From positions 1-41,560 of the forward strand of contig CBDFFH010000030.1 in assembly GCA_965246715.1 (NCBI GenBank): DNA of 41,560 nucleotides. Reading direction: 5' to 3'. The position numbers and the translations under genes are program-made. The DNA comes from Chamaesiphon sp. Lineage in GTDB: Bacteria; Cyanobacteriota; Cyanobacteriia; Cyanobacteriales; Chamaesiphonaceae. The notes under the pieces are model-generated. The model was not told the origin of the DNA and did no database searches. It worked only from the letters and a program-made list of their open reading frames with translations. Shown here piece by piece: positions 19,143-27,936 of the stretch; within the stretch, counting starts at the first letter, position 1; every line of letters begins with the position of its first letter.

Positions 19143-19655
19143 TTGGACTTATCGCTCATCCCCGCTCAACCCAAATTTGGGATTCTCAATGTCTTAATCG
19201 AAATTCCGGCTGGCAGCAAGAATAAGTACGAATTTGATAAAGATCTAAATGCCATGGCACTCGATCGGGTATTATCGTCGTCGGTACAATATCCTTGCGA
19301 CTACGGTTTTATCCCCAACACTCTCGGCAATGATGGCGATCCACTCGATGGCATGGTGATGATGGATGAGCCGACTTTTCCTGGCTGTGTGATTGCCGCA
19401 CGGCCGATCGGCATGTTAGAAATGATCGATGGTGGCGATCGCGATGAAAAAATTCTCTGCGTCCCCGACAAAGATCCGCGCTACGCTCATGTCAAATCCC
19501 TCAAAGACATTCCTCAACATCGCTTGGCCGAAATTTCTGAATTCTTTAAAACATACAAGAATCTCGAAAATAAAGTTACCGAAATCCTCGGCTGGAAAGA
19601 TGTTGATGCAGTAATGCCGCTGGTTCAAGAGTGCGTTGCAGCAGCGAAGAAATAG
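19143..19655 (+). CDS. ppa: Inorganic pyrophosphatase (family I)
   Basis: [29 protein letters not shown] motifs; TTG start ([11 protein letters not shown]) after GGAG. Confidence 0.97.
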   Translation: MDLSLIPAQPKFGILNVLIEIPAGSKNKYEFDKDLNAMALDRVLSSSVQYPCDYGFIPNTLGNDGDPLDGMVMMDEPTFPGCVIAARPIGMLEMIDGGDRDEKILCVPDKDPRYAHVKSLKDIPQHRLAEISEFFKTYKNLENKVTEILGWKDVDAVMPLVQECVAAAKK

Positions 19656-19795
19656 TGACTAGTGGCTAGTAACTGGTAGCTAATCAAGCAACAATCGGGA
19701 ACAGAGGGAAGATCGGGTAGTAAGTAAGTTGCTCGATCCTCCCGCTTCTCTCCACTCCCCCGATCTTCCCCCACACCTATCCCCCTCTGGAAACT

Positions 19796-20203
19796 ATGCT
19801 CCGCACGTTATTGGCAGCCAAAATTCATAGTTGCACGATTACTGATGCAAATTTGCATTACATGGGTAGCATCAGTATCGACGAAAACTTATTAACTGCG
19901 GTGGGGATCTTGCCCTACGAGCAGGTACAGGTAGTCAATGTCAATAATGGCGAACGATTTGTGACTTATGCGATCGCCGCAACAGCCGGATCTGGCTCGA
20001 TCGAATTAAATGGTGCTGCGGCGAGATTGGGCGTTAAGGGCGATAAATTGATCGTGATGACTTATGCACAATTTACTGACCTCGAAGTCCGCACACACCT
20101 TCCTCAAGTGGTGATGGTTGACGATCGCAATCAGATTACCGAGCTTAAATCTTACATCCCCACGGGATTTGGCTATATCGATACCGCGCCTGTACTGACA
20201 TAA
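19796..20203 (+). CDS. panD: Aspartate 1-decarboxylase
   Basis: KIH, Y.GSISID (Gly-Ser self-cleavage site), [14 protein letters not shown] motifs. Confidence 0.96.
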   Translation: MLRTLLAAKIHSCTITDANLHYMGSISIDENLLTAVGILPYEQVQVVNVNNGERFVTYAIAATAGSGSIELNGAAARLGVKGDKLIVMTYAQFTDLEVRTHLPQVVMVDDRNQITELKSYIPTGFGYIDTAPVLT

Positions 20204-20290
20204 ACCCAGACCTATTGCCAATGACAGATGCGGTGTTCGGTGAGGGAATGATACGATCGCCATGAGATCGCCAGAACATCATCAACAGTT

Positions 20291-21343
20291 GTGCTGAAAA
20301 CCAAATTGCATCAGGTATTGCTAGATCTGAAATCTTTGCCGTGGGAGAAGTCAGTTCGATATACACTGAGCCTCGGTGTTCCGTTGGTAATTTGCACCGC
20401 CATCGGATCGATCCCGAATGGAATCGTATCCATGCTCGGCAGTCTCTACGTGGTAAATATCGCGAATGTAGATGCGCGATCTCAGGAGCGCTTAGTTGCT
20501 ACGTTAGTAGGATCTGTACTGATTACCAGCTGCGCTCAACTGGGTAGCTTGCTGTCTCACTCCCCTGTATCGACCGCACTCGGACTACTGACGATCGGTA
20601 TTGCTGCTGGGTGGCTGCATACCACTCACATGGCGATCGAAATTATGGCACGGTTTGCTGTGTTGGGGTTCCTGTTTGGCGCAGTCCAACTTGCGGCTTT
20701 TGGTGCTGAGTTGATTGAAATTAATGAAAAAGTACTGGTAGTCTTTCTTTGTGGTGGTTTGTGGACAACCATAATTTTAGCGATCGAGCATTGGCTGTTT
20801 CGCGCCGCTCGGGTAACGCTCGAGCCTGGATTAATAGTAGGTTGGCGGCGGATTCGTACCAATCAAACGGCAGGATTGCGGTTTGCTATTTGCTATGGCA
20901 CGATCGCGACGATCGCTTTTGGGGGTAGTTTTTTATTCCATTTACCGCGCCCGTTTTGGGTGACGGCAACTACGCTCATCGTGATGAAGCCCGATAGTCG
21001 GGCGACGGTGCGGCGCACTGTGGAGCGATTTGTCGGCACGCTCATCGGCTTGCTGCTGGTAGCAGCGATCGTTACTTCAACTGTTAATCCCAATCTGCTA
21101 ATTGTTTACATGTTGTTGGCAATGCCACTCATCCCGATTGGTTTAGTCAAAAACTATACGCTGTGTTGTGTGGCAATTACGGTATTGGCAATGGTGACGA
21201 TCGATATCTTGAGTCTCGATCGTGGTGGAGATCGGGATTTATTGGTAGTACGATTTTATTCCACGCTCATCGGTTGCGCTTTAATTGCGATCGGCACTGC
21301 CATTACCTATCCCGAACTGTGGCTACCCAAACCAGCAAAATAG
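20291..21343 (+). CDS. FUSC family inner membrane protein
   Basis: Multi-TM; FWVTATTLIVMKPD...RTVERFVGTLIG and RFYSTLIG are FUSC-type motifs. Confidence 0.8.
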   Translation: MLKTKLHQVLLDLKSLPWEKSVRYTLSLGVPLVICTAIGSIPNGIVSMLGSLYVVNIANVDARSQERLVATLVGSVLITSCAQLGSLLSHSPVSTALGLLTIGIAAGWLHTTHMAIEIMARFAVLGFLFGAVQLAAFGAELIEINEKVLVVFLCGGLWTTIILAIEHWLFRAARVTLEPGLIVGWRRIRTNQTAGLRFAICYGTIATIAFGGSFLFHLPRPFWVTATTLIVMKPDSRATVRRTVERFVGTLIGLLLVAAIVTSTVNPNLLIVYMLLAMPLIPIGLVKNYTLCCVAITVLAMVTIDILSLDRGGDRDLLVVRFYSTLIGCALIAIGTAITYPELWLPKPAK

Positions 21344-21514
21344 CCTTAACTCAGCTCTTGTCCCAGTATATCCAAACTGGTTACATCACCACAAAACTTA
21401 CTCCTAAGTACTAGCCACTAGCCACTAAATCACTAGTAGCTTTGTTTTAATCCAAGATGTGAGTTAATCGAGCAGCGCGCTCCATCCCGATCGCCACTCA
21501 ATTTTTACTAAATT

Positions 21515-21587
21515 AATGCAAATAGTTGTCATTTGTCACCGAATCCGATATAGTAGCTGAGAAGTGTTAATGAGAATCTTTATTAAT
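21515..21587 (+). promoter_or_regulatory. Putative Fur boxes
   Basis: AATGCAAATAGTTGTCATT (21515-21533) and AATGAGAATCTTTATTAAT (21569-21587); a third, AATAAGAATAATTAGCATC, at 21814-21832; all upstream of iron-related genes. Confidence 0.6.
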
Positions 21588-21844
21588 AAATTTATTCTAG
21601 TTATGCACTCGATCGAGCCGAAAAATGGCATTGGGACAGAATTCTGGTTGAAAATTATCACTAGATATCCTCATTTTCTAGTTATTTCGTACTTAATTGC
21701 CTCGATCCAGCCGATTGCGGTTCTGGAAAGATGGAGGTGTATTGTTTTTAATCTGTTGTTGCTAGTAGTAAATCGCAATTTTGTGCGAGCAACGTCCAGT
21801 CGATGGTTTTAATAATAAGAATAATTAGCATCAAGAAATTAAAA

Positions 21845-22591
21845 ATGAGCAAACACCATCAAAAACTCACGCGATCGCTTACAGGTCAGTTTCTCGGTTG
21901 GGGCGACGATCGCACGCCGCATCGAGCGATAAAACTAGCTACGGCGAGCGGATTGCAAACTGCCAAAGTTGCGAAAAGTCTGCGATCGCAAATTCAAGAT
22001 TGGCAACCAGGGATCTCGCTGCACCTGTTGACTAAACAACGAATCAATCTGACGACAGGCGAGACGAGTATTAAAGTCAAACAGCTTTTGACACTGCCCT
22101 CGATCGACATCGACTCGCATTTACCAGCAGTAGCCGCCGAGAACGCTTTTCCAGTCATCGACACGCCAATTGAATTGCCCACTACAACCGAAATCGTCAC
22201 ACCGAGCGCCGAAATTCTTGTTTGCCAGGGTTCTAGCTGTCGGCGACGGGGGAGTGAAGGAATTTGTCGATCGATGCAAGCTTATTTGGAGCAGCACGAT
22301 CTCACGGATCGAGTGGAAATCAAACCTGTCAAATGTTTACATCAGTGTAAAGCAGCGCCGCACGCGATCTTCACTAGTTCGACTGAAACAGGAGTCCCCG
22401 CCAAGACCCACTACCGTCAACTTCAAAATTACCAACTTAAAGCAATTTTAGCCAAGCACTTTCCCATCGGGTTGGTAACAACGCCAGACGGTACTAATTT
22501 AATCGAGCAAATTAGTAATTACTTACAACAGTGTATTAATGCTACCACTAGTCAACCTCAGAACTTAAAGCCTCAATCATGCAAGATCTAG
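21845..22591 (+). CDS. Thioredoxin-like [2Fe-2S] ferredoxin domain-containing protein
   Basis: CQGSSC (CX4C) and KCLHQC (CX3C) motifs; beta-rich N-terminal domain; start MSKHH at 21845. Confidence 0.85.
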   Translation: MSKHHQKLTRSLTGQFLGWGDDRTPHRAIKLATASGLQTAKVAKSLRSQIQDWQPGISLHLLTKQRINLTTGETSIKVKQLLTLPSIDIDSHLPAVAAENAFPVIDTPIELPTTTEIVTPSAEILVCQGSSCRRRGSEGICRSMQAYLEQHDLTDRVEIKPVKCLHQCKAAPHAIFTSSTETGVPAKTHYRQLQNYQLKAILAKHFPIGLVTTPDGTNLIEQISNYLQQCINATTSQPQNLKPQSCKI

Positions 22592-23013
22592 ACCAAGAAA
22601 AAGCGATCGATATTCTCCGCAGCATCATGGAATTTGAGTTGGCTGGAGTGGTGCGCTATACCCACTACGCCTTGATGGTCACTGGCCCAAATCGGATTCC
22701 GATCGTCGAGTTTTTCAAAGCTCAAGCCACAGAATCGCTACTTCATGCCCAGCAAGTCGGCGAAATTCTCACCGGACTCGAAGGTCATCCATCTTTACAA
22801 ATTGCCCCAATGGAAGAAACTTATAAGCACTCTGTTAGAGATATCTTGCAAGAGAGTTCGGCTCATGAAAAAAAAGCCTTAGAACTGTATAAAAAACTCC
22901 TCGATATTGTTGCAGATGCTAGTGTGTATCTGGAAGAATTTGCGAGAACAATGATTGGAACAGAAGAACTGCATAACATCGAAATCAAAAAGATGTTGCG
23001 CGATTTTAGTTAA
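22579..23013 (+). CDS. Bacterioferritin-like / ferritin-like diiron protein
   Basis: Four-helix pattern with E(LAG), ESLLH, HE, EELH ferroxidase ligands; overlaps upstream gene by 13 bp. Confidence 0.88.
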   Translation: MQDLDQEKAIDILRSIMEFELAGVVRYTHYALMVTGPNRIPIVEFFKAQATESLLHAQQVGEILTGLEGHPSLQIAPMEETYKHSVRDILQESSAHEKKALELYKKLLDIVADASVYLEEFARTMIGTEELHNIEIKKMLRDFS

Positions 23014-23054
23014 GACTGCATAAATTAGTAAACCTTAGTTTTTCATTTAACTTT

Positions 23055-24542
23055 ATGATCCTCTCGAATTTACGACTAAACTGGCTGGCAATTACCGCAG
23101 GCGGACTATTAGCTAGCTTATTGTCAGTGGCAGGTATGCAGGCAACAGAATTACCAGCGGCTACAGCTAGTTCGACTACGACCACAGTTGCCCAAAATAA
23201 TACACAAACACTAATTGCGCTCAGGAAAAAGAAGCCACTTAAGAAAAAGAAAGCCAGGAAAAAGTTCAGAACAACTGCTAGCATCGCTCCATCTACCGAA
23301 GTTACTCAAGCACCACCTGCACCTGTTATTCCAGTAACTACCGACTCAACAACTCCTCCCGCACCATCCGATCCGCCCACTGTACCCTCAATTCTACCAA
23401 CACCCTCATTACCAGCAGAGCCAACCAAAGCACCAGAACCACCTAAAGAACCAGAACCATCTAAGGCACAAGCTCCCGCTCCATTCTCGATAACGACTAA
23501 ATTACAAGGAGAGGCAATTTTTGGAGTAACAGGTACTTTGTCTGGGGATTTCAGCCGAAATACAGCATTGGGAAGTCGGGTGCGGCTCAATTTTCTCACC
23601 AATATCGGGGAAAAAGGTGTGCTCACAACTCGCCTTCAAGCTACCGGACTGGGATTATCCACCCAAAATCCAACTAATCCAACTACACCCACAACTCCAG
23701 AGGGCACTTTATCATTCACTGATGGCACCAATAGTAACACTATTGGCATTGACTTACTTAAATATGAATTCCCCCTCGCACCGCAAACTCAGGTCGTAAT
23801 TATTGGCAATGCTGGCGTTGCTGATGATTTTACTGACACAATCAATCCCTATTTTGATGGCGATGGTGGTAGTGGTTCGATTTCTCTGTTTGGCAATCGT
23901 CCGCCGATCTACTATACCGTACAGGGTGCTGGAGCCGGAATTCGCCAAAAATTGGGCGATAACACCGAGCTGAGCTTGGGCTTTCTCGGACGTAATGCCA
24001 ATAATCCAGCGGTTGGCAATGGGCTATTCGGTGGTGGTTATGGTGCGATCGCCCAACTGACTTTTAAAACTGGAGAAAATTCTAAAATTGGCTTAACTTA
24101 TACTCGATCGCTTGATTCCAACCCTGGTACTGGCAGTAATAACGCAAATCTAGGCGGTGCCAGCAATAATTATGGGTTACAAGGCACTTTTCAACTCAAT
24201 CCTCAGTTTGCGTTAGGCGGTTGGGTGGGTTATACCCAAAATCAATTGGCAGGTACGGATCGCCAGCTTTGGAACTGGGCCGTTACTGCGGCAGCCCCAG
24301 ATTTTGGCGGTAAAGGTAACTTGGCAGGGATCTTAGTCGGGCAAGAACCCCGTGTCGCTTCAGATAGCAGTGGTGTGACGACAGATACTAGAGCTGGACT
24401 ACATATCGAGGGTTTTTATCAAGTTAAAATCAACGATAACTTCAGCATTACACCTGGAATCATCTACCTTACCGCACCCGACCAAACTGTAAATAGTAGT
24501 GGTGCGACGATCGGTGTCATCCGTTCTACTTTTACTTTCTAA
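23055..24542 (+). CDS. Cyanobacterial OprB-type (iron uptake/carbohydrate) porin lacking an SLH domain
   Basis: Signal peptide; FSITTKLQGEAIF, RVRLNF.T, L.TRLQ, FG.R.PIY, HIEGFY, ITPG, RSTFTF terminal Phe. Confidence 0.9.
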   Translation: MILSNLRLNWLAITAGGLLASLLSVAGMQATELPAATASSTTTTVAQNNTQTLIALRKKKPLKKKKARKKFRTTASIAPSTEVTQAPPAPVIPVTTDSTTPPAPSDPPTVPSILPTPSLPAEPTKAPEPPKEPEPSKAQAPAPFSITTKLQGEAIFGVTGTLSGDFSRNTALGSRVRLNFLTNIGEKGVLTTRLQATGLGLSTQNPTNPTTPTTPEGTLSFTDGTNSNTIGIDLLKYEFPLAPQTQVVIIGNAGVADDFTDTINPYFDGDGGSGSISLFGNRPPIYYTVQGAGAGIRQKLGDNTELSLGFLGRNANNPAVGNGLFGGGYGAIAQLTFKTGENSKIGLTYTRSLDSNPGTGSNNANLGGASNNYGLQGTFQLNPQFALGGWVGYTQNQLAGTDRQLWNWAVTAAAPDFGGKGNLAGILVGQEPRVASDSSGVTTDTRAGLHIEGFYQVKINDNFSITPGIIYLTAPDQTVNSSGATIGVIRSTFTF

Positions 24543-24589
24543 GCTCGATCGATAGCATTGATATGTAAACCCTAAGCTTTCAATCACCC

Positions 24590-25105
24590 GTGCTTACCTT
24601 TTTCTGTCTGATTATTATCGCCATGTCGGCGATCGGCTTTTTCTATCATCGCGGCTTCCATTATTTACGCTGTTTGCAACATGAAGAATATAACGAGAAG
24701 CGGTTTGTAGATTGGTTGATTGCTAATAAAGTTTTTGACAGAAAAGGGAGCTTAATTGCGCTGGTAGCAGCCGCAGCGAGTAAGTATTTTGCCAATGTCA
24801 CCAATGGTATTGGGCTAGAAGTCTGTATCGTTGCCGCAATTGCGCTGGCGGCATTATGCTTGTTCGAGGCAGATCCGCGTCAGGCTGACTCGATCGATCG
24901 GCAAATTAGCTCGCGAATGAATGAAATTTATTGGTTAGCAATGTTGTTCTACTCGCTATTTACGATCTGCCTAATTTTTGGGTCGTATGCCGTTCACATT
25001 CTCGTCCGAGTTCCGTGGTGTTGGCTGGCGGTGATTTTAATCATTCAATCTTCACCGATTTGGATAATTTTAGCAAACCGGATTGTCGTGAAATTCGATC
25101 GTTAA
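24590..25105 (+). CDS. Hypothetical multi-TM membrane protein
   Basis: About five hydrophobic segments; YLRCLQHEEYNEKRFVDWL motif; start 24590 or 24623. Confidence 0.7.
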   Translation: MLTFFCLIIIAMSAIGFFYHRGFHYLRCLQHEEYNEKRFVDWLIANKVFDRKGSLIALVAAAASKYFANVTNGIGLEVCIVAAIALAALCLFEADPRQADSIDRQISSRMNEIYWLAMLFYSLFTICLIFGSYAVHILVRVPWCWLAVILIIQSSPIWIILANRIVVKFDR

Positions 25106-25279
25106 AATCATTGCAGCGTCTAGCCCCTAAATACTACGAGCGGATTGTTGACAAAGTTTTCCGCACACATTAGTATTGGGAAGCCGATCGGGAATCGAGC
25201 TAGAAAAATTATAAATCCGTTCGATCTCGGTGGGTGTCGATAGTATGCTCAGTAGCGATCCGAATCGGAAGTAATTTAT

Positions 25280-26167
25280 ATGTACATCAGGAAAATTTTA
25301 AGAACCGCGATCGTTGCTTCGGTAATTGTATCTACCGCTGCATCAGCAATTGCTGCACCAGATCTAAAGAGTTTTTTTAGCCGCCCTCAATTCGATCTTC
25401 CACCTTTATTAGAAAATGTTAAATTTGGGATGAGTGAAGCGGATATTCAACGCGTCATCCCTGAATTTAAGCAAGACTACTACTTTAAGGTTAAAGGTAA
25501 TGAAGACATCCAGGTTGCTAAGGATATGTCTGGTGGTTCTCTCTATGCAATTTACATCGAACTAGCTTCAGATTTTACCAAAACCTCATCTTTATTACAG
25601 GAAAAATGGGGGAAAGCATCGATCCGCAAAAATGCTCTTGATGAACGGGAATATCATTGGTTGAACGTGGAAAAGGGCATCCGTGCGAAATTAGAAAAAC
25701 AATCAAATTTATCGCAATTGAGTTACTATCAGTATATTCCGATTCAAACATTATTTCCTAAAAACACCCCTTCTCTACCAACACCGATCGATAAAATTAA
25801 AATTGGGTCGTCTGTTGCCAATATCAAAAAAATCAGCCCCGATTTTAGAAATAAACAGTATCCAGATGTAAATTGGACGGATCTCAAGGGATATTTCGAT
25901 GTTAGGATCTGGTATTTCTCGGAGAAGAAATCCAAGATCGACTCTTTGAGCCTATCTTTTCCAAATATTGAAAATGTGCGCGATATTCTGGTTAAAAAGT
26001 GGGGAATACCTAAAAAAACTCCAGCAGGCAAAGAGTATTGGAAAAATGACAATATAGAGTATCTAGATGTCAAAGGAAATACCAAAAAGGGAATATTTAT
26101 TATTTATCAAGCTGAACCGGATGGGTTCAATCATAGCTTAGAGTTCAAATCTAGTTTGGATCTGTAG
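25280..26167 (+). CDS. Secreted hypothetical protein with internal duplication
   Basis: Signal peptide ending AIA; two similar halves (LP..ENVKFGMSEADIQRVIPEFK / LP..DKIKIGSSVANIKKISPDFR; LQEKWG / LVKKWG). Confidence 0.75.
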   Translation: MYIRKILRTAIVASVIVSTAASAIAAPDLKSFFSRPQFDLPPLLENVKFGMSEADIQRVIPEFKQDYYFKVKGNEDIQVAKDMSGGSLYAIYIELASDFTKTSSLLQEKWGKASIRKNALDEREYHWLNVEKGIRAKLEKQSNLSQLSYYQYIPIQTLFPKNTPSLPTPIDKIKIGSSVANIKKISPDFRNKQYPDVNWTDLKGYFDVRIWYFSEKKSKIDSLSLSFPNIENVRDILVKKWGIPKKTPAGKEYWKNDNIEYLDVKGNTKKGIFIIYQAEPDGFNHSLEFKSSLDL

Positions 26168-26228
26168 TTAAAGTGCTAGAAATATCGATCGGGTGATTCG
26201 ATCGTGTCCCTTTACAATCCTAGACTGC

Positions 26229-26870
26229 TCACACTGTTACATCCAAGCTATTAGCCAACTTATCGGCAATACCCTCGATCCAAGCTTCATCTTGTTTGGT
26301 GTAACTACGTGGGGCATTTGCGCCTAATATTGCCACGCCTTTATTCCCTAATGGTTGACAGATAATGCCCTGAGTATTGGGTGGTAAATAGTCAAATTCG
26401 ACTCGACCGGGATAGATTTTAGTGTTTACTAAATAAATAGCTTTTTGTTTGATCAGCACTCGATCGACGATCGCGCCAGGAGTAACTTCTGCATTTGCTC
26501 CCAACACCCCGCGTCTGAGTAATACGCGCCCCTCATAATAAATAACGATCGATTTGGTCGCGGTATTTGTCAGTAACAAATGAGATGCCCAAGCTAGTTC
26601 GAGTTGCAGAAATTCTGGCAAATCTGGCGCTAGCTCGAACCCTTCAATGCCTTCTAAAATTACGCTATCTGGTTGTCTGGGTTGTACTTGTTGCCACAGC
26701 AGTCCAGTGAGGATGAGCACCGCTGTCAAAACTATCCCCACCGCATCCGATCGCGCCTGTGAGTCGGTCAATTCCGGCGTTAATACTCGATTGAGCATTA
26801 ACAAAGTTCCCGCTATTCCTCCGGCTACCAGAGGTACTAGGCGCAGGATTCGATTCGATTCTTCTTTCAT
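26229..26870 (-). CDS. Cofactor assembly of complex C subunit B (CCB2/CCB4 family)
   Basis: LLMLNR, SQARSD, ELAWASHLLLTNT, YPGRVEFDYLP.NTQ, PRSYTKQDE.W motifs; start 26870 or 26891. Confidence 0.88.
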   Translation of the reverse strand: MKEESNRILRLVPLVAGGIAGTLLMLNRVLTPELTDSQARSDAVGIVLTAVLILTGLLWQQVQPRQPDSVILEGIEGFELAPDLPEFLQLELAWASHLLLTNTATKSIVIYYEGRVLLRRGVLGANAEVTPGAIVDRVLIKQKAIYLVNTKIYPGRVEFDYLPPNTQGIICQPLGNKGVAILGANAPRSYTKQDEAWIEGIADKLANSLDVTV

Positions 26871-27032
26871 TAGTTTAGTGACTGGTGGCAAGTGGCTAAT
26901 GTTTCGAGATCGATCGCTCGGTTAACTAGCATTTTCATCTATTCACCAGAGCCGACCCGAGAAGAATGAGTTAAAATATACTAGTCATCAAGCTGGGTAT
27001 TTATCTTGTCACTAGCCACTAGCCACTATCGA

Positions 27033-27770
27033 CTAAATTTCATCCGGCTCGATAATCCGTTGGAATAAATAACCCGTACCTCTGGCGGTCAGAATTAGTT
27101 CTGGATTGCTGGGATCTTCCTCTAATTTGGCACGAAGACGGGAGATATGCACATCCACTACTCGGGTATCGACATGACGTTCGGGAGTATATCCCCAGAC
27201 TTCTTGAAGAATTTCCGATCGTGAGAAGGCTTCACCCGATCGACTCACCAATAGTTCGAGCAAACTAAATTCCATCCCTGTCAGGCGGATCCGCTCGTCA
27301 CCTTTATAGACTTGGCGTTTGTTGGTATCGATCCTAATGGTCGCAATCTGGATCACGCCAGAACTGGGAATGCCATTCAGCCCGTTTTTATCCACCCGCC
27401 GTAGTACCGATCGAATCCGCGCTTCGAGTTCTTTGGGAGAGAAGGGTTTGACTACATAGTCATCTGCACCCAATTCTAAACCAGTAATCCGATCGGCCAC
27501 ATCACCTAATGCCGTAAGCATGATAATCGGCACATCTGATTCCTTGCGTAGCTCCTGGCATACACCATAGCCATCGAGCTTGGGCATCATTACATCGAGC
27601 ACGACCAAATCCGGACAGGTTTCGCGAAAAGTTACTAGTGCTTCTTCCCCATCCGCAGCCGTGACGACATCATAGCCGATCATCGAGAGGCGGGTTTCTA
27701 AAATTCTCCGGATGCTAGCCTCATCATCAACGACTAGAATAGTTTCCTTATGATTTTCCAAGCTTGTCAA
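27033..27770 (-). CDS. rpaB: OmpR-family response regulator RpaB (Ycf27)
   Basis: ENHKETILVVDDEASIRRILETRLSMIGY...WGYTPERHVDTRVVDVHISRLRAKLEEDPSNPELILTARGTGY is RpaB-specific; start 27770 or 27761. Confidence 0.97.
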   Translation of the reverse strand: MTSLENHKETILVVDDEASIRRILETRLSMIGYDVVTAADGEEALVTFRETCPDLVVLDVMMPKLDGYGVCQELRKESDVPIIMLTALGDVADRITGLELGADDYVVKPFSPKELEARIRSVLRRVDKNGLNGIPSSGVIQIATIRIDTNKRQVYKGDERIRLTGMEFSLLELLVSRSGEAFSRSEILQEVWGYTPERHVDTRVVDVHISRLRAKLEEDPSNPELILTARGTGYLFQRIIEPDEI

Positions 27771-27936
27771 AGCTCCTATCGTATAGTGGTAATTTTTTTA
27801 ACGTTAATTTTTAACATCCTTATGATTAAGATTATCATCAATCTTAACTATATTGACGCAATGAAACCCTTTCAGCACTCAGAAATCACCGTTAACGCTT
27901 AAAAACACCCTCAACACTTTTTAATAATCATCCAAC

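Noticed and set aside
21564..21812. 82-aa ORF before the iron operon
   Set aside because: Overlaps putative Fur boxes in an AT-rich promoter region, with no recognisable family.
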